The notes: generated by a model not told the origin, from the sequence alone. A stretch of 64,000 bases of DNA from Gammaproteobacteria bacterium (GCA_029263725.1 JAJUFS010000002.1:785-64784), one strand, 5' to 3'. Counted from the stretch's first letter, positions 19,862-29,844 are shown. Translations and numbers: made by a program.

Positions 19862-21049
19862 ATGCTGGCGCTGTTGCGCATTCCCAACGTGCGCCTGCTG
19901 GTGATCGCGCAGGCGCTGGGCATGTCGGCTTCGTCCTTCGGCGCGCTGCTCGGCGGCATCATCGGCACGCGCATCGCCCCCGACCCGCGCTACGCGACCC
20001 TGCCGGCGGCGCTTGCCATCGTCGGCATCGCGCTGGCTTCCGTACCGGTCGCCCTGATGATGCGCAGGCTGGGCCGGCGCGCCGGTTTCAGCCTCGCCGC
20101 CGCCGTCGCCACCGCCGGCGCGCTGCTTGCGGCCATCGCCGTCCAGCAGGAGAACTTCTGGCTGTTCTCGGCATCGTCGCTGCTGGTGGGCGTGAACCTC
20201 GCCGCCACCCAGCAGTACCGCTTCGCGGTCACCGAAAACGTCAGGGTCGAGGACATGCCACGCGCGGTGTCGCTGGTGCTGATGGGCACGCTCGCGGCCG
20301 CCCTGCTGGGACCATTCCTCGCCAACAACGCGACTGCGGCTGCGGGGCTTTCCCGCGATGCCGCGGCTTACATCTCGCTCGCCGCGGTGCAGGGCATCGC
20401 CATGCTGATGCTGCTCAAGTACCGCGACGTCAAGGAAGTGGAAGCTGCGGTGAAGAAGACGGGACGGCCGTTCCGCGCCATCGTCGGCGATCGCGGTTTC
20501 GTGATCGCCGCGGCCGCCGCCGCGGTGGGCTTCGGCGTGATGACCTTCCTGATGACCGCCACGCCCATCGCCATGCATGTCATGGACGGCCATGCGCTCA
20601 CCCACACCGCCACCGTCATCCAGCTGCACATCGCCGCGATGTACCTGCCGTCACTGTTCTCCGGCGCGCTCATCCGGCGCTTCGGCGAGCTTTGGATGAT
20701 CCGCGCCGGCATCGCGATCACGCTGGGCTGCATCGCGCTGGCCTTCACCGGCCGCGGCGTCATGCATTACGCGCTGGCGCTGGTCCTGCTCGGGCTGGGC
20801 TGGAATTTCCTGTTCGTCGCCGGCACCACCCTGCTGGCGCGCACGCACCGGCCCGAGGAACGCTTCCGCGCCCAGGCGGCGAACGAGTTCGTGGTGTTCG
20901 CCACCAGCGCGGCGGCCTCGCTGGCCGCCGGTTTCGTCGTGCACGCCTCCGGCTGGGAGTTCATGCTGCTGCTCTCGGTCGCACCGCTCGTGCTGCTTCT
21001 CATGCTCACGTTGTTCAACCGCCGCTACCAGTTCGAGACAAGCCACTAG
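19862..21049 (+). CDS. MFS transporter
   Basis: A 395-aa protein with twelve hydrophobic helices that starts 2 nt after the ICMT stop. Confidence 0.82.
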   Translation: MLALLRIPNVRLLVIAQALGMSASSFGALLGGIIGTRIAPDPRYATLPAALAIVGIALASVPVALMMRRLGRRAGFSLAAAVATAGALLAAIAVQQENFWLFSASSLLVGVNLAATQQYRFAVTENVRVEDMPRAVSLVLMGTLAAALLGPFLANNATAAAGLSRDAAAYISLAAVQGIAMLMLLKYRDVKEVEAAVKKTGRPFRAIVGDRGFVIAAAAAAVGFGVMTFLMTATPIAMHVMDGHALTHTATVIQLHIAAMYLPSLFSGALIRRFGELWMIRAGIAITLGCIALAFTGRGVMHYALALVLLGLGWNFLFVAGTTLLARTHRPEERFRAQAANEFVVFATSAAASLAAGFVVHASGWEFMLLLSVAPLVLLLMLTLFNRRYQFETSH

Positions 21050-21108
21050 GGGAAATGCCGCTTGCAAGCCCGTCTGCCCAGCCATAGGAAGGCTGGCAGG
21101 AGGTGCAC

Positions 21109-23658
21109 ATGCCGCAGGCATCCGCGGAACGGCTTTCCGAGTACCGCCGCAAGCGCGACTTCCACAAGACCCCGGAGCCGTCCGGCGACCCGCAGCCGGA
21201 AACGGAGGGTCATCTGTATGTCATGCACAAGCATGCGGCGAGCCACGATCACTTCGACCTGCGGCTGGAACAGGACGGCGTGCTGCGCAGCTGGGCGCTG
21301 CCGAGAGGACCCAGCCTGGAACCCGGCGAGCGGCGACTCGCGGTGGAAGTGGAAGATCATCCGCTGGAGTACGGCGGCTTCGAGGGCGTGATCCCCAAGG
21401 GCGAGTACGGCGGCGGCACGGTCATGCTCTGGGATGCCGGCCGCTGGAAGGTAAACGGCAAGGCGGACGAGAACCACGTCGATTTCATCCTCGAGGGCCG
21501 CAAGCTCAAGGGCGCCTGGACGCTGGTGCGCACCCGCGGCAGCGACAGGAAGAAGAAGCGCGGCGGCCGCAACAACAACTGGCTGCTGATCAAGCGCAGC
21601 GACCACCCGCGACAGCGGCTCGCGCCGGACGACTTCAGCGTCGCCACCGGGCGCAGCATCGAGGAAATCGCCGCCGATCACGACGCGGTCTGGACCCGCG
21701 CCGGCGAGGTGCATGCCGGCACGGGCTTTGACATCGCGAAGCTTCCCGGCGTGAGGAAGGCGCGCGCCGTCGCGATACCGAAGCCACAGCTTGCGACGCT
21801 CGCCGATGCCATTCCGGCGGGCGACGACTGGCTGCACGAGATCAAGTTCGACGGCTACCGCGTGCTGGCCGTCATCGATGACGGCAAGGTGCGGCTCGTC
21901 ACCCGCAACGGCCACGACTGGACCGCACGCTTCCCGAAAATCGCCGCCGCGCTCGGCAGGCTCGATGTGAAGCACGCGGTACTCGATGGCGAAGCCGTCG
22001 CGCTCGCCGCGGACGGCACCACCAGCTTCCGCGCCCTGCAGGAAGCGCTGTCCGCGGAACGCAGCTCACACCTCGTCTACCAGTTGTTCGACGCGCTGCA
22101 GGTGGAGCAGTGGGACATCTCGGGCTCGCCGCTGCTCGATCGCAAGCGCGTCCTGCGCCAGCTGCTGGCGGCGCATCCGGATGACGCGCGCATCCGCTAT
22201 TCCGATCACATCGTGGGTCACGGCGAACAGATGTACCGGCACGCCTGCGAGCTTGGCCTCGAAGGCATCATCAGCAAGCGCTGTGACGGCGCCTACCGCA
22301 GCGGCCGCAATCGCCAGTGGCTGAAGGTGAAATGCACAAAGACCCGCGAGTTCGTGGTCGGCGGTTTTACCAGGGGCGAGCGCGCCGGCTTCGGCGCGCT
22401 GCTGCTGGGCGGCTACGAGGATGGCGACTTCGTGTACGCAGGGCGCGTCGGCAGCGGCTTCAGCGAGCGGCAGATCCGCTCGCTGCGCGAGAGGCTGGAT
22501 GCCCTGCGTCGCGACGATTCGCCGTTCGCCGGTCCCGTGGAGGACGCAAGACAGGCCACCTGGGTGTCGCCGGAGCTGGTGGTCGAAGTGGAATTCACCG
22601 AACGCACCCGCGACGGCCGGCTGCGGCATCCGGTGTTTCGCGGAGTGCGCGAGGACCGCAATGCGGGCGAGATTGGGCTTGGAGGTGACGAGCCCATGCC
22701 GAATGTTGCCGGCACGACCGCAAGCGCGACCCCACGCCGCAGGCTGCGCCGCGACGAGGCATCGGTCGCGGGTGTGCGCATCACGCATCCCGAGCGGGTG
22801 ATGTACCCCGAGACGGGGCTGACCAAGCTGGAGCTGGCGCGCTTCTACGAGGACATCGCCGACTGGATCATGCCGGGCATCGCCGGCCGGCCGCTGTCGC
22901 TGCTGCGCTGCCCGGAAGGCCGCAGCGGCGAATGTTTCTTCCAGAAGCACCTCGGCCGCACGCTGGGCAGGCAGGTGCCGCGCGTCGGCTTCCGCGAAAG
23001 CAGCGGCGTAAAGCAGTACTGCTACGCGGAGTCCATCGAGCATCTCGTCGCGCTGGTGCAGGCGGGCGTGCTGGAATTCCATCCCTTCGGCAGCCGCGTG
23101 GATGATCTCGAGCATCCCGACATCATGGTCTTCGACCTCGATCCTTCTCCCGGCGTGTCCTGGGAACAGTTGCTGCGCACCACCCGCGAGCTGCGCGAAC
23201 GCATCGAAAGCGAGTACGGCCTCGCCTGCTTCCTGCGCACCACCGGCGGCAAGGGCCTGCACATCGTCGTGCCGCTTGAACCGCGCGCCGACTGGGACGA
23301 AGTGAAGGCCTTCGCACAGGCGGTGTCCCGGCAGCATGCCGCGGACGATCCGAAGCGGCACACCACCAGCCTGTCCAAGGCGAAGCGCAAGGGCAGGCTC
23401 TTCATCGATTACCTGCGCAACACGCGTGGCGCGACCGCGATCGCTTCCTATTCCACGCGCGCCCGCGAGAACGCCACCGTCGCCGTGCCGCTGCGCTGGG
23501 ACGAACTCACCTCGTCATTGCGCTCCGATCACTACAACGTCGGCAACCTGCGTCGCCGCCTGATCGCGCTCAAGCAGGATCCCTGGGCAGATTTCACCGC
23601 TGCCGCGAAACCGCTGACGCCCGGGCTGCTCGCGGCCGCCGGCGTGAAGGGAGGCTGA
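21109..23658 (+). CDS. ligD: ATP-dependent DNA ligase D (phosphoesterase-ligase-polymerase order)
   Basis: It has an N-terminal 3'-phosphoesterase domain (YRRKRDFHKTPEP, YVMHKHAASHDHFDLRLE), a central ligase domain (WLHEIKFDGYR adenylation Lys motif) and a C-terminal LigD polymerase/primase domain (FFQKH..., MVFDLDP, RTTGGKGLHIVVPL). GGAGG lies 5 nt upstream of ATG 21109. Confidence 0.96.
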   Translation: MPQASAERLSEYRRKRDFHKTPEPSGDPQPETEGHLYVMHKHAASHDHFDLRLEQDGVLRSWALPRGPSLEPGERRLAVEVEDHPLEYGGFEGVIPKGEYGGGTVMLWDAGRWKVNGKADENHVDFILEGRKLKGAWTLVRTRGSDRKKKRGGRNNNWLLIKRSDHPRQRLAPDDFSVATGRSIEEIAADHDAVWTRAGEVHAGTGFDIAKLPGVRKARAVAIPKPQLATLADAIPAGDDWLHEIKFDGYRVLAVIDDGKVRLVTRNGHDWTARFPKIAAALGRLDVKHAVLDGEAVALAADGTTSFRALQEALSAERSSHLVYQLFDALQVEQWDISGSPLLDRKRVLRQLLAAHPDDARIRYSDHIVGHGEQMYRHACELGLEGIISKRCDGAYRSGRNRQWLKVKCTKTREFVVGGFTRGERAGFGALLLGGYEDGDFVYAGRVGSGFSERQIRSLRERLDALRRDDSPFAGPVEDARQATWVSPELVVEVEFTERTRDGRLRHPVFRGVREDRNAGEIGLGGDEPMPNVAGTTASATPRRRLRRDEASVAGVRITHPERVMYPETGLTKLELARFYEDIADWIMPGIAGRPLSLLRCPEGRSGECFFQKHLGRTLGRQVPRVGFRESSGVKQYCYAESIEHLVALVQAGVLEFHPFGSRVDDLEHPDIMVFDLDPSPGVSWEQLLRTTRELRERIESEYGLACFLRTTGGKGLHIVVPLEPRADWDEVKAFAQAVSRQHAADDPKRHTTSLSKAKRKGRLFIDYLRNTRGATAIASYSTRARENATVAVPLRWDELTSSLRSDHYNVGNLRRRLIALKQDPWADFTAAAKPLTPGLLAAAGVKGG

Positions 23659-23659
23659 C

Positions 23660-24436
23660 ATGGCGGCACGCGCGATGTGGAAAGGCATCATCCGCTTCGG
23701 CGAGGTCCGCGTGCCGGTGAAGATGTATGCCGCCATCCAGGACCGCGACATCCATTTCCGCCTGCTTCATCGCAAGGACCAGGAGCCGGTGAAGCAGGTG
23801 ATGTACAACCCGGACACCGAAAGCGTGGTCTCCGCCGAGGAAGTCGAGCGCGCCTTCATCAATGAGAACGGCAATCTCGTCATCCTGCAGCGCGAGGAGC
23901 TGGAGGCGCTCAAGCCCGAGCCCTCGCGCGACATCGAGGTATTCCGCTTCTTCAGGACGGGCGCCGTCGATCACCGCTGGTACGAGCGGCCCTACTACCT
24001 GGGCCCGGACGGTTCAGGCAGTGACTACGCCGCGCTGGCGAAGGCGATGGCAGACGGCGGCTTCGAGGGACTGGCGCGCTGGACCATGCGCAACAGGGAA
24101 TACATGGGCGTGCTGCGGCTGCATGCGGGCTACCCGATGCTGATGTCCCTGCGCAGCGACGAGGAAGTGATCGCCGTCGAGGACCTTGAGGCGCCGAAGG
24201 GCAAGCCGCTGGATGAGCGCGAGCTCGCCATGGCGCGGCAGCTCATCGGCATGCTGGAGGCGCCCTTCGAACCCGAGAGCTATCACGACGAATACCGCGA
24301 ACGCGTGCAGGAAATGCTCGCCGCCAGGCAGGCAGGCGGCAAGGTGAAGCTGCTGAAGCCGCGCAAGGCAAAGGCCGCGCCCGACATCGCACGTGCGCTG
24401 GAAGCAAGCCTCAAGCAGATGCAGCGGCAGGCATAG
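23660..24436 (+). CDS. ku: Ku protein (NHEJ DNA-end-binding), paralogue 1
   Basis: The gene starts MAARAMWKGIIRFGEVRVPVKMYAA..., the canonical bacterial Ku N-terminus, 1 nt after the ligD stop. Confidence 0.95.
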   Translation: MAARAMWKGIIRFGEVRVPVKMYAAIQDRDIHFRLLHRKDQEPVKQVMYNPDTESVVSAEEVERAFINENGNLVILQREELEALKPEPSRDIEVFRFFRTGAVDHRWYERPYYLGPDGSGSDYAALAKAMADGGFEGLARWTMRNREYMGVLRLHAGYPMLMSLRSDEEVIAVEDLEAPKGKPLDERELAMARQLIGMLEAPFEPESYHDEYRERVQEMLAARQAGGKVKLLKPRKAKAAPDIARALEASLKQMQRQA

Positions 24437-24440
24437 GGCA

Positions 24441-25466
24441 ATGGCGGAAGACGACGAGCAGAACGGGGAAGAGGCGCTGCGGCCAAGGCCGTTCTGGTCG
24501 GGCACGATCGCCTTCGGCCTGGTCAGCCTGCCGGTGAGCCTGTTTCCCGCCAACCGCAAGCGCGGCGTTTCATTGCGCATGGTGGACCGCCAGGGCATGC
24601 CGCTGGCGCGGCGCTACTGCTGCGAGAAGGACAACGAGCTGCTCGAGCGCGAGGACATCGTGCGCGGCTACGAGGTGGACAAGCAGTCCTGGGTGGTAAT
24701 CAAGGACGAGGAACTGGAAGCGCTGGCGCCGGAGAAGTCGCGCGAGATCGACCTGCGCCGTTTCGTGAATCTGGCCGAGATCGATCCCATCTACTTCGAG
24801 CGCGGTTATTTCCTCGTGCCCGAGGAAGGCTCCACCAAGGCCTACCGGCTGCTGGCGCGGGCGATGGAAGAAGAACGGCGCGCCGGCATCGCCACCTTCG
24901 TGATGCGCGGCAAGGAATATCTCGTCGCCATCATCGCCGAGCGCGGCATCCTGCGTGCCGAGACGCTGCGCTTTCATGACGAGATCCGCACGCCCGAATA
25001 CGTCGGCCTGCCGGAACTTGCCGAAGCCGCCGCCGACAGCGTGCGGCAGATGCAGAAGGCGATGCAGGCCTGGTTCGCGAAACGCTTCGATCGCAAGGAG
25101 CTCGTTGACCCGCAGACCGAACGCCTCGAGGCGCTGGTGACACGCAAGTTCAAGGCAGGCAAGGACGTACTCCATGCGCCCGAGGAAATCGCCGAGGAGC
25201 TCGCCGCGGAGAGCAACGTCATCGACCTCATGCAGGTGCTGAAGGAGCGCATGCAGGGCAAGGGCGCGCCGGCTGCGCCGGAAGGCGAGCCGCCCGCCTC
25301 GCGCCGCCGGCGCGGCGGCGGCCAGGCGCATCGCACGCCGGAAGAACCGGCGCGCGAACTCGAGAAACTGTCGCGCGCCGAGCTCTACGCCCGCGCCCAG
25401 GAACGCGACATTCCCGGGCGCAGCCGCATGAGCAAGGAAGAACTCATCGAGGCGCTGCGGCACTGA
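24441..25466 (+). CDS. ku: Ku protein paralogue 2 with C-terminal HeH/Rho_N-like tail
   Basis: The Ku core is RPFWSGTIAFGLVSLPVSLFPA.... After a basic linker (SRRRRGGGQAHR), the C-terminus LEKLSRAELYARAQERDIPGRSRMSKEELIEALRH resembles the Rho N-terminal/SAP-like helix-extension-helix motif. Confidence 0.9.
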   Translation: MAEDDEQNGEEALRPRPFWSGTIAFGLVSLPVSLFPANRKRGVSLRMVDRQGMPLARRYCCEKDNELLEREDIVRGYEVDKQSWVVIKDEELEALAPEKSREIDLRRFVNLAEIDPIYFERGYFLVPEEGSTKAYRLLARAMEEERRAGIATFVMRGKEYLVAIIAERGILRAETLRFHDEIRTPEYVGLPELAEAAADSVRQMQKAMQAWFAKRFDRKELVDPQTERLEALVTRKFKAGKDVLHAPEEIAEELAAESNVIDLMQVLKERMQGKGAPAAPEGEPPASRRRRGGGQAHRTPEEPARELEKLSRAELYARAQERDIPGRSRMSKEELIEALRH

Positions 25467-25528
25467 ACACCTTGCCCTGCGCCATTCCGCCCCCAGTTTC
25501 CAAGGCAGGTGAACGAGGAGCACGAACG

Positions 25529-25882
25529 ATGGCGAGATATGGTCAATCGTCGCTGCTGGCTGCCGCGCTGTGGATGATCGTCGTCAGCCTGCTGCTGTTC
25601 TTCCTGCCCGGCATCAACGGCCTGATCGGCGGCGGCGTGGGCGGCTACAAGGCGGGTTCCGTGGGACGCGGCCTGGGCGCGGCGGTGCTGCCCGCGCTGG
25701 TGGTCGGCCTGCTCGTCTGGGTGCTGCTGGCGATGTTCAACATGCCGGTGATCGGCTTCATCTCCGGCGTCGCGGTCGGCCTGTGGGCGCTGTTCTCCAG
25801 CATCGGGTTGCTGGTCGGCGCGATCATCGGCGGCGCGCTCGCGCCATCGCGGCCGGACATCATCGAGATGCCGCGGCGCTGA
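25529..25882 (+). CDS. hypothetical small membrane protein (Gly-rich, 3-4 TM)
   Basis: A GAGGAG RBS lies 8 nt upstream of the start. The protein has hydrophobic helices with GxxxG-rich segments. I recognise no family. Confidence 0.55.
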   Translation: MARYGQSSLLAAALWMIVVSLLLFFLPGINGLIGGGVGGYKAGSVGRGLGAAVLPALVVGLLVWVLLAMFNMPVIGFISGVAVGLWALFSSIGLLVGAIIGGALAPSRPDIIEMPRR

Positions 25883-27112
25883 TCACTCGTAGCGCAGCGA
25901 TTCGATGGGATCGAGCTGCGCGGCCTTGGCGGCCGGCAGGATGCCGAAGACGATGCCCACCGCCGCCGAGAATCCCACCGACAGCAGGATGGCCCACAAC
26001 GGCACGTGCGCCGGCGGGAAGCCCGGCAGCATCATGGACACCAGCGCGCCCACGCCATAGCCGAAGGCGATGCCGATGATGCCGCCGAGCAGGCACAGCA
26101 CCACCGCCTCGATCAGGAACTGCAGCAGGATGTCGGCGCGGCGCGCACCCAGCGCCTTGAGGATGCCGATCTCGCGGGTACGCTCGGTCACCGATACCAG
26201 CATGATGTTCATGATGCCGATGCCGCCCACCAGCAGCGAGATGCCGACGATGCCGCCGGCCACCGCGGTGATGGTGTTGACGATGGCGTTGAAGGATTCG
26301 GTCAGCTGCTCCGCGGTCTGCACGCGGAAGTCGTCCGCCTCGCCCCGCTTCAGTTCATGCTGCTGACGCAGCAGCCGGCGGATGCGGTCGATGGTCTCGT
26401 CCATGCGCGCAATGTCATCGACCAGCAGCTGGATCTGGATGTCCAGCTCGCGCGATGCGCCGATCAGCCGGTGCATGGTGTTGAACGGCAGCAGGATGTA
26501 ATCGTCCTGCGAGAAGCCGAGCAGCTCGCCGCGCGCTTCCATCACGCCGACGATGCGGCACCAGTCATTGCCGATGCGGATGAACTCGCCGAGCGGCGAG
26601 CCCTTGATCTCCAGGTTCTCCACCACGTCGACGCCGACCAGGCATACCAGCCGCCGCCGCTCGTCGTCGCTGGGCGTGAAGAAGCGGCCCTCGCCGGGAA
26701 ATATCTGGTTCACGTCCATGTAGCTGGCGCCGACGCCGAAGACGCGCGTCGCCGTGGACTTGGCGCGCCAGGTCACCTGCATGGACGGCGATGTGGGGCT
26801 GTAGAGAATCGGCGTGACGTGCGAGATGCCCTCGATGCGATGCCGGATGACGTTGAGGTCCTGCACCGTGAGCCGCGCCAGCCTGCCCTGCATCTGCTGC
26901 TCGAAGGGCGTGAACGAGCGGATGGTGATGGAGTTCGAACCCAGGCCCTGGAACTGCGCATTCACGGTGTGCGACAGGCCCTGCACGATGGACACCACCG
27001 CGATCACCGAGGCCACGCCGATGATGATGCCGAGCGCGGTGAGAAACGAGCGCAGGCCATGCGCGCGGATGGCGGCGAAGGCGGAGCGCAGGCTTTCCAT
27101 GAGCAGGTACAT
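25883..27112 (-). CDS. ABC transporter permease, MacB/FtsX type (separate from its ATPase)
   Basis: TM1 is followed by a large periplasmic domain and a C-terminal FtsX module ([28 protein letters not shown]). The start shares one base with the ATPase stop (TGATG). Confidence 0.9.
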   Translation of the reverse strand: MYLLMESLRSAFAAIRAHGLRSFLTALGIIIGVASVIAVVSIVQGLSHTVNAQFQGLGSNSITIRSFTPFEQQMQGRLARLTVQDLNVIRHRIEGISHVTPILYSPTSPSMQVTWRAKSTATRVFGVGASYMDVNQIFPGEGRFFTPSDDERRRLVCLVGVDVVENLEIKGSPLGEFIRIGNDWCRIVGVMEARGELLGFSQDDYILLPFNTMHRLIGASRELDIQIQLLVDDIARMDETIDRIRRLLRQQHELKRGEADDFRVQTAEQLTESFNAIVNTITAVAGGIVGISLLVGGIGIMNIMLVSVTERTREIGILKALGARRADILLQFLIEAVVLCLLGGIIGIAFGYGVGALVSMMLPGFPPAHVPLWAILLSVGFSAAVGIVFGILPAAKAAQLDPIESLRYE

Positions 27113-27810
27113 CAGGCGTGCTCCCTGCGCTGGTCGGATTCGATGCGCCCGTCGCGGAGGCGGATGACGCGGCGGCAATGCGCGGCGATCTCCGGCTCGT
27201 GCGTGACGATGACGATGGTCTGGCCGGCGCGGTGCAGTTCATCGAACAGCGCCATGATCTCCGCGGTAGTGGCGGAATCGAGATTGCCGGTGGGCTCGTC
27301 GGCGAGCAGGATGGCCGGCCGCCCGACCAGCGCGCGCGCCACCGCGACGCGTTGCCTCTGGCCGCCGGAAAGCTGGTTGGGGAGGTGATCCAGGCGCGCG
27401 CCCAGGCCGACGCGCTCCAGCGCCTCGGTGGCAAGCTCGCGGCGCCTCGCCAATGGCAGCTTGCGGTACACCAGCGGCTGCATGACGTTCTGCAACGCCG
27501 TCGCGCGCGGCAGCAGGTTGAAGCTCTGGAAGATGAAACCGATGTCGCGGTTGCGGACTTCGGCGAGCTCGCTGTCGTTCATGCCGGCGACCATGCGGCC
27601 GTTGAGCTCGTAGCTGCCGGCGGTAGGCCGGTCCAGGCAGCCGATGATGTTCATCATGGTGGACTTGCCGGAGCCGGAAGCGCCGATGATGGCGACGTAC
27701 TCGTTGCGCAGGATGTCGAGATCGACCCCGTCCAGCGCGTGCACCACCTGGTCGCCCATGCGGTACTCGCGGCGCACGCCGCGCAGCCGGATCACGCACT
27801 CGGCGTTCAT
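27112..27810 (-). CDS. ABC transporter ATP-binding protein (MacB/LolD-like)
   Basis: [33 protein letters not shown] and [11 protein letters not shown] are the Walker A, signature and Walker B motifs. There is an ATGA overlap with the upstream adaptor gene. Confidence 0.93.
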   Translation of the reverse strand: MNAECVIRLRGVRREYRMGDQVVHALDGVDLDILRNEYVAIIGASGSGKSTMMNIIGCLDRPTAGSYELNGRMVAGMNDSELAEVRNRDIGFIFQSFNLLPRATALQNVMQPLVYRKLPLARRRELATEALERVGLGARLDHLPNQLSGGQRQRVAVARALVGRPAILLADEPTGNLDSATTAEIMALFDELHRAGQTIVIVTHEPEIAAHCRRVIRLRDGRIESDQRREHA

Positions 27811-28982
27811 TCGTCTTCGTTCTCTGCCGTGACGCGCTCGCCGTCGGCGAGCGAACGCAGGGTGCGGAACGGGCCGATGACCACCCGTTCGCCGGCCTCG
27901 ACGCCTTCGACGATTTCAAGATGCGAGTCGGAAGACAGGCCGGTCTTCACCTTGCGCTTCACCGCCTTGCCGTCCTCGACCACGAAGAGATAGGGCTGCT
28001 CGTCCTCGCCCTCCTCCGCGGCCTCGTACAGCACCGCCTGCAGCGGCACGGCCAGCGCATTCTCGCTGGACTCGGTGTAGATCTCCGCGCGACAGCTCAT
28101 GCCGGGCCGCAGCGCCACCTGTTCCGGCTGCAGCAGGCGGATCTTCACCTGGAAGGACAGGTTCTGCTGGCCGGTGGCCTGCTGCGCGGACGCGGCGATG
28201 TGCTCGACCACGGCTTCCAGCGCGGTATCCGGAAACGCGGCGGCAAAGATCGCCGCCTTCTGGCCCAGCGTCACCGCGGCGATGTCGGTTTCATCGACCT
28301 GCACTTCGGCGAGCACCGCGGATGGATCGGCGATGATCGCGAGCGTGGTGCCGGGAATGTTGGTGGTGCCGGCGATCACCGCCTCGCCCGGCTCCACGTC
28401 TAGCATGATGACCACGCCATCGATGGGCGAACGGATCTGCGTGCGGTCGAGATTGTCCTGGGCCTGTGCCAGCGCGGCGCGCGCCTGGGCGAGCGCCTCC
28501 TCGCGGGTGCGCAGATCGACGCGCGCAAGCGCAAGCTCGTTCTCCGCGGCCTCGAAGGCGTTCTGGTCCAGCAGGCCGCGCTTGAACAGTTCGCGCTGCC
28601 GCTCGACCTGGCGTTCCAGGTTCGAAAGCAGCACCTGCTGGCGCTCGATGGCGATCTCCTGCATGCGCACGTTCGCCTGCTGCTGCTCGACCTGGGCGCG
28701 GTACTGCTCGGGATCGAGGGCGATGATCACATCGCCCCTGCGCACGCTGTCACCCTCGCGGACGTTCACCTGCTGTGCCTTGCCGATCACCTCCGAGCGC
28801 AGTTCCACTTCGTCGCGGTAGGCGAGCACGCCCGAGGCGAGGATGGAGCTGCGCACGGCGCGCACCGCCACGGCTTCCGTTTCCACCTGCTTGCCGGTCT
28901 CGCCGCGGCCGAGCTTGGCCAGCATCGGCAGGCCCACGACCACGACAGCGATGCCGGCCAACACCAGCAGCTTGCGATTCAT
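27807..28982 (-). CDS. efflux periplasmic adaptor subunit (HlyD/MFP family)
   Basis: It has an N-terminal anchor, a coiled-coil hairpin and lipoyl/beta-barrel domains, and it is coupled to the downstream ABC genes. Confidence 0.9.
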   Translation of the reverse strand: MNRKLLVLAGIAVVVVGLPMLAKLGRGETGKQVETEAVAVRAVRSSILASGVLAYRDEVELRSEVIGKAQQVNVREGDSVRRGDVIIALDPEQYRAQVEQQQANVRMQEIAIERQQVLLSNLERQVERQRELFKRGLLDQNAFEAAENELALARVDLRTREEALAQARAALAQAQDNLDRTQIRSPIDGVVIMLDVEPGEAVIAGTTNIPGTTLAIIADPSAVLAEVQVDETDIAAVTLGQKAAIFAAAFPDTALEAVVEHIAASAQQATGQQNLSFQVKIRLLQPEQVALRPGMSCRAEIYTESSENALAVPLQAVLYEAAEEGEDEQPYLFVVEDGKAVKRKVKTGLSSDSHLEIVEGVEAGERVVIGPFRTLRSLADGERVTAENEDE

Positions 28983-28995
28983 GCGCGCTCCTTGC

Positions 28996-29730
28996 TTACA
29001 GGACGATGAGCAATGCCCAGATGCCGAAGATCAGCGCCCAGGGCGCGACCACGACCGCCACCGACTTGCCCATGGACGATCCCGTCCAGCGCGAGAAGCC
29101 GAGCGCCATCAGGCCCAGCATCCAGAAGTGCACCAGGGTCAGCGAGTTGCCCCAGGTGAACCAGGTCTCGCCCGGCTCGGCGTGCAGCAGCAGGCTGTTG
29201 ATGGACAGCGGGGTGAGATCGTTGGCCGAGAGCTGGTTGGATTCGGCCATGAGGATCACCGCCAGCACGGCGATGGCATTGAAGATGCCGACGAAGGCAG
29301 TCCAGGCCGAGAACGAGAACCACTGGCCGTAGCGGATCCCGGGATCGCCCGTCACGCGGTTGACGATGTGCAGGTAGGCGGACTGGATCGCGTAGATGAG
29401 GAAGGTCATCACCACGATGCCAAAGGCGGTCATGCCGATCTGCACGCCGGGCGACATGAAGGCGCGCATCTGCTGGGCCACGGCGCTCGGGTCCTCGCCC
29501 GGCGGCACCGAGGCGCGCGCCAGGTCGTCGATCATCCAGTCGAAATCGACCCAGCTGTAATAGAAAGCGAACACGGCGATGAAGCTGAGGACGGAAATCG
29601 CCAGCGGCCACCACAGCCAGCGGCTGCGGTGCTTCACCTCGTCCAGCGCCTTGGCCGGCGCGGCGACGATGTCGATGAGCGCGTTGACGACGGAATAGCC
29701 GGCGGCGGCCGGCGCGGCGGTCTCGTTCAT
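28996..29730 (-). CDS. Yip1-domain (YIP1/DUF1282-like) integral membrane protein
   Basis: The soluble N-terminal segment NALIDIVAAPAKALDEVKHRSRW is followed by five hydrophobic helices, as is typical of bacterial Yip1 family proteins. A GAGGGGAGG RBS precedes ATG 29730, and the gene ends 13 nt upstream of the adaptor gene. Confidence 0.72.
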   Translation of the reverse strand: MNETAAPAAAGYSVVNALIDIVAAPAKALDEVKHRSRWLWWPLAISVLSFIAVFAFYYSWVDFDWMIDDLARASVPPGEDPSAVAQQMRAFMSPGVQIGMTAFGIVVMTFLIYAIQSAYLHIVNRVTGDPGIRYGQWFSFSAWTAFVGIFNAIAVLAVILMAESNQLSANDLTPLSINSLLLHAEPGETWFTWGNSLTLVHFWMLGLMALGFSRWTGSSMGKSVAVVVAPWALIFGIWALLIVL

Positions 29731-29819
29731 GGGCCTCCCCTCACTGAATGGTTCTTGTGAGGGCGACTTTACCCCAACGGCCCGCGCGAACGCATGCCTG
29801 ACTCCCGTCACGGACCTGA

Positions 29820-29844
29820 AAAGGCCCGGACATGCCGGGCCTTT
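29820..29844 (-). terminator. Rho-independent terminator after the CMD gene (hairpin usable on both strands)
   Basis: The 10-bp stem AAAGGCCCGG/CCGGGCCTTT has loop ACATG. On the minus-strand transcript it is followed by TTTTCAGG. Confidence 0.7.
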
